A stretch of 64,000 nucleotides of DNA from Eledone cirrhosa (Eukaryota). Shown here piece by piece: positions 55,964 through 64,000 of this stretch (the first letter of the stretch is position 1; every line of letters begins with the position of its first letter). The DNA lies in NCBI GenBank assembly GCA_964016885.1, contig OZ024743.1, positions 268,336,001-268,400,000 of the forward strand, written 5' to 3'. The position numbers and the translations under genes are program-made. The notes under the pieces are model-generated. The model saw only the letters and a program-made list of their open reading frames with translations. It ran no database searches and was not told where the DNA came from.

Positions 55964-55968
<5 letters not shown>
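55399..55968 (+). mobile_element. Family I fold-back element in (TA)n with an HHR in each arm
   Basis: 55399-55576 is inverted at ~55760-55934; 55601-55677 is an inverted copy of the tail 55895-55968. Confidence 0.85.
55763..55803 (+). ncRNA. Type I hammerhead (family I; mirror copy at 55532-55572, minus)
   Basis: gct CTGAGGA acaacaatagtgt GAAA cag-aat-ctg TC ag(g); distal stem I gagaac/gttctc. Confidence 0.7.
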
Positions 55969-56021
<53 letters not shown>

Positions 56022-56063
56022 GTGTGTGGAGGGGTGTGTATATATCATATGTATCACATGTAA

Positions 56064-56107
<44 letters not shown>

Positions 56108-56954
56108 ACGCGCGAAGTATGTGCGTGTGTAATCAGAAAAAAACGCACATAAAAAAGTTACATGAGATAAATAGACAACTGTATCTCCAGCTCTTCAGCC
56201 ACCTTCCTCACTGGCAATTTAGCAAGTGCATATATACATGTGTGTTTTGCCTTTGTGTCTGTATGCGTTGGTTGTGTGCGTTATTTATTACTTTCCCCGC
56301 CTTCTTTGTACTAATTGCGAATAAGTTATCAACAAAAATATTTTGTTTATAAAACGCTTACTAATGTATATATTCGTCTAACTCAGCATCCGAAGTAGGG
56401 AAGAGTCTGCTGATGATGGATAAAAAACATTCTGACATACATTGTAGGCATGCTAAGGTACCTGGGATGTGATCTCCTCATAAAATACTCACAATGTGAC
56501 TATATCTACTTTCGTTATACGCGGACATATCGTACATCGGTACACATATGCCTCTATAGATAAATGCATATATACATTTGAGCATGCATATAATCAACGA
56601 GATGGCAAGAGACGGTAGGCGATGCAGAATAAAGTGTTCAGTTCGCTGCAATGAACAGTGACCAGTGGGCTGCATTATGTGGGCTACCGAGTGAATTAAG
56701 GTAGATATGTGCCAGAAACACAGAGAGATAAAGAGAGATAGAGTTGGGAATCTGAAAGGGGGAAAAGGAGAATTAAAATAAAACAAGAAAAGGAGAAAGA
56801 GTAAGATAGATTTGGAAAACAAAAGACAGAAAGGAAGAAAGTGAATACAAAGCGAACGAAGCAACGATTGAAAAAGAACGAAGGAATGAAAGAAGAAAGT
56901 AACGGAGAGAAGAAAGAGAAATAAAGAAATGAAGGAATCAATAATAAATGGTAA

Positions 56955-57500
56955 TACCACCTCTACCACCACCAACCCATGTACCTCTACCACCTCTAAC
57001 ACCACCAGCTCAACAACCACTAACCCCAGTACCACCACCTCTACCACCACCAGCTCAACAACCACCAACCCATGTACCACCACCTCTACCAACACCAGCT
57101 CAACAGCCACCAAACCCGGTACCACCACCTCTATCACCACCAACGCAACAACCACTAACCCCAGTACCACCACCTCTACCACCACATCCACCACCACCAG
57201 CTCAACAACCACTAGCCCCAATACCACCACCAGCTCAACAACCACTAACCCCGGTACCACCAGCTATACCACCACCAGCTCAACAACCACCAATCCCGGT
57301 ACCACCACCTCTACCACCACCAGCTCAACAACCACTAACCCCGGTACCACCACCTATACCACCACCACTTCAACAACCACCAACCCCGGTATCACCACCT
57401 CTACCACCACCAGCTCAACAACCACTAACTCCAGTACCACCACCTTTCCACCACCTATACACCACCAGCTCAACAACCATCAACCCCGGTATCACCACCA
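56955..57500. repeat. 45-bp ACC-rich minisatellite
   Basis: cagctcaaca at 57006, 57051 and 57096, continuing with some irregular units. Confidence 0.85.
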
Positions 57501-57634
57501 CTAACTTCATACATATTACTAAGAACAATATCATCCCTACCGCCAACATCACCACCTTAAAAACCATCATCATCGTCCTGACAACGACCACCTCCACAAC
57601 AAGCATTACTATTGCTACACAGGAACCAATACTA

Positions 57635-60600
57635 AAAACATCCCCACCACCATCGCCTACAATACCAACACCAACACCATCACATTCAACACCAGAAACA
57701 TCCCCACCACCATCCCTACAATACCAACACCAACACCATCACATTCAACACCAGAAACATCCCCACCACCATCGCCTACTGTACCAACACCAACACCATC
57801 ACATTCAACACCAGAAACATCCCCACCACCATCCCTACTGTACCAACAACAACACCATCACATTCAACACCAGAAACATCCCCACCACCATCGCCTACTG
57901 TACCAACACCAACACCATCACATTCAACACCAGAAACATCCCCACCACCATCGTCTACTGTACCAACACCAACACCATCACATTCAACACCAGAAACATC
58001 CCCACCACCATCCCTACAATACCAACACCAACACCATCACATTCAACACCAGAAACATCCCCACCACCATCGTCTACTGTACCAACACCAACAGCATCAC
58101 ATTCAACACCAGAAACATCCCCACCACCATCCCTACTGTACCAACACCAACACCATCACATTCAACACCAGAAACATCCCCACCACCATCGCCGACTGTA
58201 CCAACACCAACACCATCACATTCAACACCAGAAACATCCCCACCACCATCCCTACAATACCAACACCAACACCATCACATTCAACACCAGAAACATCCCC
58301 ACCACCATCGCCTACAATACCAACACCAACACCATCACATTCAACACCAGAAACATCCCCACCACCATCGCCAAATGTACCAACACCAACACCATCACAT
58401 TCAACACCAGAAACATCCCCACCACCATCGCCTACAATACCAAACCCAACACCATCACATTCATCACCAGAAACATCCCCACCACCATCGCCTACTGTAC
58501 CAACACCAACACCATCACATTCAACACCAGAAACATCCCCACCACCATCGCCTACTGTACCAACACCAACACCATCACATTCAACACCAGAAACATCCCC
58601 ACCACCATCCCTACTGTACCAACACCAACACCATCACATTCAACACCAGAAACATCCCCACCACCATCGCCTACTGTACCAACACCAACACCATCACATT
58701 CAACACCAGAAACATCCCCACCACCATCCCTACAATACCAACACCAACACCATCACATTCAACACCAGAAACATCCCCACCACCATCGCCTACAATACCA
58801 ACACCAACACCATCACATTCAACACCAGAAACATCCCCACCACCATCGCCTACTGTACCAACACCAACACCATCACATTCAACACCAGAAACATCCCCAC
58901 CACCATCCCTACAATACCAACACCAACACCATCACATTCAACACCAGAAACATCCCCACCACCATCCCTACAATACCAACACCAACACCATCACATTCAA
59001 CACCAGAAACATCCCCACCACCATCACCTACTGTACCAACACCAACACCATCACATTCAACACCAGAAACATCCCCACCACCATCGCCTACAATACCAAA
59101 CCCAACACCATCACATTCATCACCAGAAACATCCCCACCACCATCGCCTACTGTACCAACACCAACACCATCACATTCAACACCAGAAACATCCCCACCA
59201 CCATCCCCTACAATACCAAACCCAACACCATCACATTCAACACCAGAAACATCCCCACCACCATCCCTACAATACCAACCCCAACACCATCACATTCAGC
59301 ACCAGAAACATCCCCACCACCATCCCTACTGTACCAACACCAACACCATCACATTCAACACCAGAAACATCCCCACCACCATCCCCTACAATACCAAACC
59401 CAACACCATCACATTCAACACCAGAAACATCCCCACCACCATCCCTACAATACCAACCCCAACACCATCACATTCAACACCAGAAACATCCCCACCACCA
59501 TCCCTACTGTACCAACACCAACACCATCACATTCAACACCAGAAACATCCCCACCACCATCCCCTACAATACCAAACCCAACACCATCACATTCAACACC
59601 AGAAACATCCCCACCACCATCCCTACAATACCAACCCCAACACCATCACATTCAACACCAGAAACATCCCCACCACCATCCCTACTGTACCAACACCAAC
59701 ACCATCACATTCAACACCAGAAACATCCCCACCACCATCGCCTACAATACCAACACCAACACCATCACATTCAACACCAGTAACATCCCCACCACCATCC
59801 CTACTGTACCAACACCAACACCATCACAGTCAACAGCAGTAGCATCCCCACCACCATCGCCTACAATACCAAACCCAACACCATCACATTCATCACCAGA
59901 AACATCCCCACCACCATCGCCTACTGTACCAACACCAACACCATCACATTCATCACCAGTAGCATCCCCACCACCATCGCCTACAATACCAACACCAACA
60001 CCATCACATTCAACACCAGTAACATCCCCACCACCATCCCTACAATACCAACACCAGCACCATCACATTCAACACCAGAAACATCCCCACCACCATCCCT
60101 ACAATACCAACACCAACACCATCACATTCAACACCAGTAACATCCCCACCATCATCCCTACTGTACCAACACCAACACCATCACATTCAACACCAGAAAC
60201 ATCCCCACCACCATCGCCTACAATACCAAACCCAACACCATCACATTCAACACCAGAAACATCCCCACCACCATCGCCTACAATACCAAACCCAACACTA
60301 TCACATTCAACACCAGAAACATCGCCACCACCATCCCTACTGTACCAACACCAACACCATCACATTCAACACCAGAAACATCCCCACCACCACCCCCTAC
60401 AATACCAACACCAACACCATCACATTCATCACCAGAAACATCCCCACCACCATCGCCTACTGTACCAACACCAACACCATCACATTCAACACCAGAAACA
60501 TCCCCACCACCATCGCCTACTGTACCAACACCAACACCATCACATTCAACACCAGAAACATCCCCACCACCATCGTCTACTGTACCAACACCAACACCAT

Positions 60601-63600
60601 CACATTCAACACCAGAAACATCCCCACCACCATCCCTACAATACCAACACCAACACCATCACATTCAACACCAGAAACATCCCCACCACCATCACCTACT
60701 GTACCAACACCAACACCATCACATTCAACACCAGAAACATCCCCACCACCATCCCTACAATACCAACACCAACACCATCACATTCAACACCAGAAACATC
60801 CCCACCACCATCACCTACTGTACCAACACCAACACCATCACATTCAACACCAGAAACATCCCCACCACCATCGCCTACTGTACCAACACCAACACCATCA
60901 CATTCAACACCAGAAACATCCCCACCACCATCGCCTACTGTACCAACACCAACACCATCACATTCAACACCAGAAACATCCCCACCACCATCACCTACTG
61001 TACCAACACCAACACCATCACATTCAACACCAGAAACATCCCCACCACCATCCCTACTGTACCAACACCAACACCATCACATTCAACACCAGAAACATCC
61101 CCACCACCATCGCCTACAATACCAACACCAACACCATCACATTCAACACCAGAAACATCCCCACCACCATCCCTACTGTACCAACACCAACACCATCACA
61201 TTCAACACCAGAAACATCCCCACCACCATCCCTACTGTACCAACACTTACACCATCACATTCAACACCAGAAACATCCCCACCACCATCGCCTACAATAC
61301 CAACACCAACACCATCACATTCAACACCAGAAACATCCCCACCACCATCCCTACTGTACCAACACCAACACCATCACATTCAACACCAGAAACATCCCCA
61401 CCACCATCCCTACTGTACCAACACCAACACCATCACATTCAACACCAGAAACATCCCACCACCATCGCCTACTGTACCAACACCATCACATTCAACACCA
61501 GAAACATCCCCACCACCATCGCCTACTGTACCAACAGCAACACCATCACATTCAACACCAGAAACATCCCCACCACCATCGCCTACAATACCAACACCAA
61601 CACCATCACATTCAACACCAGAAACATCCCCACCACCATCGCCTACTGTACCAACACCAACACCATCACATTCAACACCAGAAACATCCCCACCACCATC
61701 CCTACAATACCAACACCAACACCATCACATTCAACACCAGAAACATCCCCACCACCATCGCCTACTGTACCAACACCAACACCATCACATTCAACACCAG
61801 AAACATCCCCACCACCATCGCCTACAATACCAACACCAACACCATCACATTCAACACCAGAAACATCCCCACCACCATCGCCTACTGTACCAACACCAAC
61901 ACCATCACATTCAACACCAGAAACATCCCCACCACCATCCCTACAATACCAACACCAACACCATCACATTCATCACCAGAAACATCCCCACCACCATCGC
62001 CTACAATACCAACCCCAACACCATCACATTCAACACCAGAAACATCCCCACCACCATCCCTACAATACCAAACCCAACACCATCACATTCATCACCAGAA
62101 ACATCCCCACCACCACCCCCTACAATACCAATACCAACACCATCACATTCAACACCAGAAACATCCCCACCACCATCCCCTACAATACCAAACCCAACAC
62201 CATCACATTCAACACCAGAAACATCCCCACCACCACCCCCTACAATACCAACACCAACACCATCACATTCAACACCAGAAACATCCCCACCACCATCGCC
62301 TACTGTACCAACACCAACACCATCACATTCAACACCAGAAACATCCCCACCACCATCGCCTACTGTACCAACACCAACACCATCACATTCAACACCAGAA
62401 ACATCCCCACCACCATCGCCTACTGTACCAATACCAACACCATCACATTCAACACCAGAAACATCCCCACCACCACCCCCTACAATACCAACACCAACAC
62501 CATCACATTCAACACCAGAAACATCCCCACCACCACCCCCTACAATACCAACACCAACACCATCACATTCAACACCAGAAACATCCCCACCACCATCGCC
62601 TACTGTACCAACACCAACACCATCACATTCAACAGCAGAAACATCCCCACCACCATCGCCTACTGTACCAAACCCAACACCATCACATTCATCACCAGAA
62701 ACATCCCCACCACCATCGCCTACTGTACCAACAACAACACCATCACATTCAACACCAGAAACATCCCACCACCATCGCCTACTGTACCAACACCAACACC
62801 ATCACATTGATCACCAGAAACATCCCCACCACCATCGCCTACTGTACCAAACCCAACACCATCACATTCAACACCAGAAACATCCCCACCACCATCGCCT
62901 ACTGTACCAAACCCAACACCATCACATTCAACACCAGAAACATCCCACGACCATCGCCTACAATACCAACACCAACACCATCACATTCAACACCAGAAAC
63001 ATCCCCACCACCATCACCTACTGTACCAACACCAACACCATCACATTCAACACCAGAAACATCCCCACCACCATCCCCTACAATACCAAACCCAACACCA
63101 TCACATTCAACACCAGAAACATCCCCACCACCATCGCCTACTGTACCAACACCAACACCATCACATTCAACACCAGAAACATCCCCACCACCATCCCTAC
63201 AATACCAAACCCAACACCATCACATTCATCACCAGAAACATCCCCACCACCATCGCCTACTGTACCAACACCAACACCATCACATTCAACACTAGAAACA
63301 TCCCCACCACCATCACCTACTGTACCAACACCAACACCATCACATTCAACACCAGAAACATCCCCACCACCATCCCTACAATACCAAACCCAACACCATC
63401 ACATTCAACACCAGAAACATCCCCACCACCATCCCTACTGTACCAACACCAACACCATCACATTCAACACCAGAAACATCCCCACCACCATCCCTACTGT
63501 ACCAACACCAACACCATCACATTCAACACCAGAAACATCCCCACCACCATCCCTACTGTACCAACACCAACACCATCACATTCAACACCAGAAACATACC

Positions 63601-64000
63601 CACCACCATCCCTACTGTACCAACACCAACACCATCACATTCAACACCAGAAACATCCCCACCACCATCCCTACTGTACCAACACCAACACCATCACATT
63701 CAACACCAGAAACATCCCCACCACCATCCCTACTGTACCAACACCAACACCATCACATTCAACACCAGAAACATCCCCACCATCATCCCTACTGTACCAA
63801 CACCAACACCATCACATTCAACACCAGAAACATCCCCACCACCATCCCTACTGTTCCAACACCAACACCATCACATTCAACACCAGAAACATCCCCACCA
63901 CCATCCCGTACAATACCAAACCCAACACCATCACATTCAACACCAGAAACATCCCCACCACCATCCCTACAATACCAAACCCAACACCATCACATTCAAC
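57635..64000. repeat. 58/60-bp tandem satellite, >6.3 kb, continuing past the window end
   Basis: Unit aaacatccccaccaccatc(gc)cctac(aa|tg)taccaacaccaacaccatcacattcaacaccag; about 105-110 copies. Confidence 0.97.

Noticed and set aside
56405-56450. CTGATGA...GACA HHR-like string
   Set aside because: GAAA is mutated and the cleavage triplet and stem I are out of register.
56948-59842. 964-aa Pro/Thr/His-rich ORF (mucin- or extensin-like)
   Set aside because: It is a translation of a nearly stop-free satellite; 58-bp units shift the frame constantly, so no protein-level constraint is evident.
57635-64000. CRISPR-like regular array
   Set aside because: No unique spacers, no cas genes, eukaryotic context.

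Overview
AT-rich eukaryotic DNA dominated by repeats: very dense (TA)n/(CA)n/(TACA)n/(GA)n microsatellites plus a tRNA-headed SINE that I recall from Octopus genomes, so a coleoid cephalopod is likely (inference). I can support no intact host protein-coding gene; almost all listed ORFs are translations of simple repeats. Recognisable decayed mobile elements are an L1/Tx1-type RT, an RTE-type LINE, an RLE-type (CCHC + restriction-like endonuclease) LINE, a Tc1/mariner fragment, two non-autonomous Helitron-like elements, about 10 SINE copies and Penelope-like (PLE) GIY-YIG C-terminal remnants. A 58/60-bp satellite runs from 57.6 kb past the window end. The main signal is a set of at least 8 sequence-unrelated families of short elements sitting in or beside (TA)n runs. 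They share an inverted/fold-back architecture, often with a partial tandem copy. Most carry type I hammerhead ribozyme (HHR) motifs, many non-canonical (U3-A8 core covariation, U.U at the stem II base, long stem II, palindromic mini stem III). One is physically linked to a PLE endonuclease C-terminus. All folds were derived by eye and no cleavage activity is shown.
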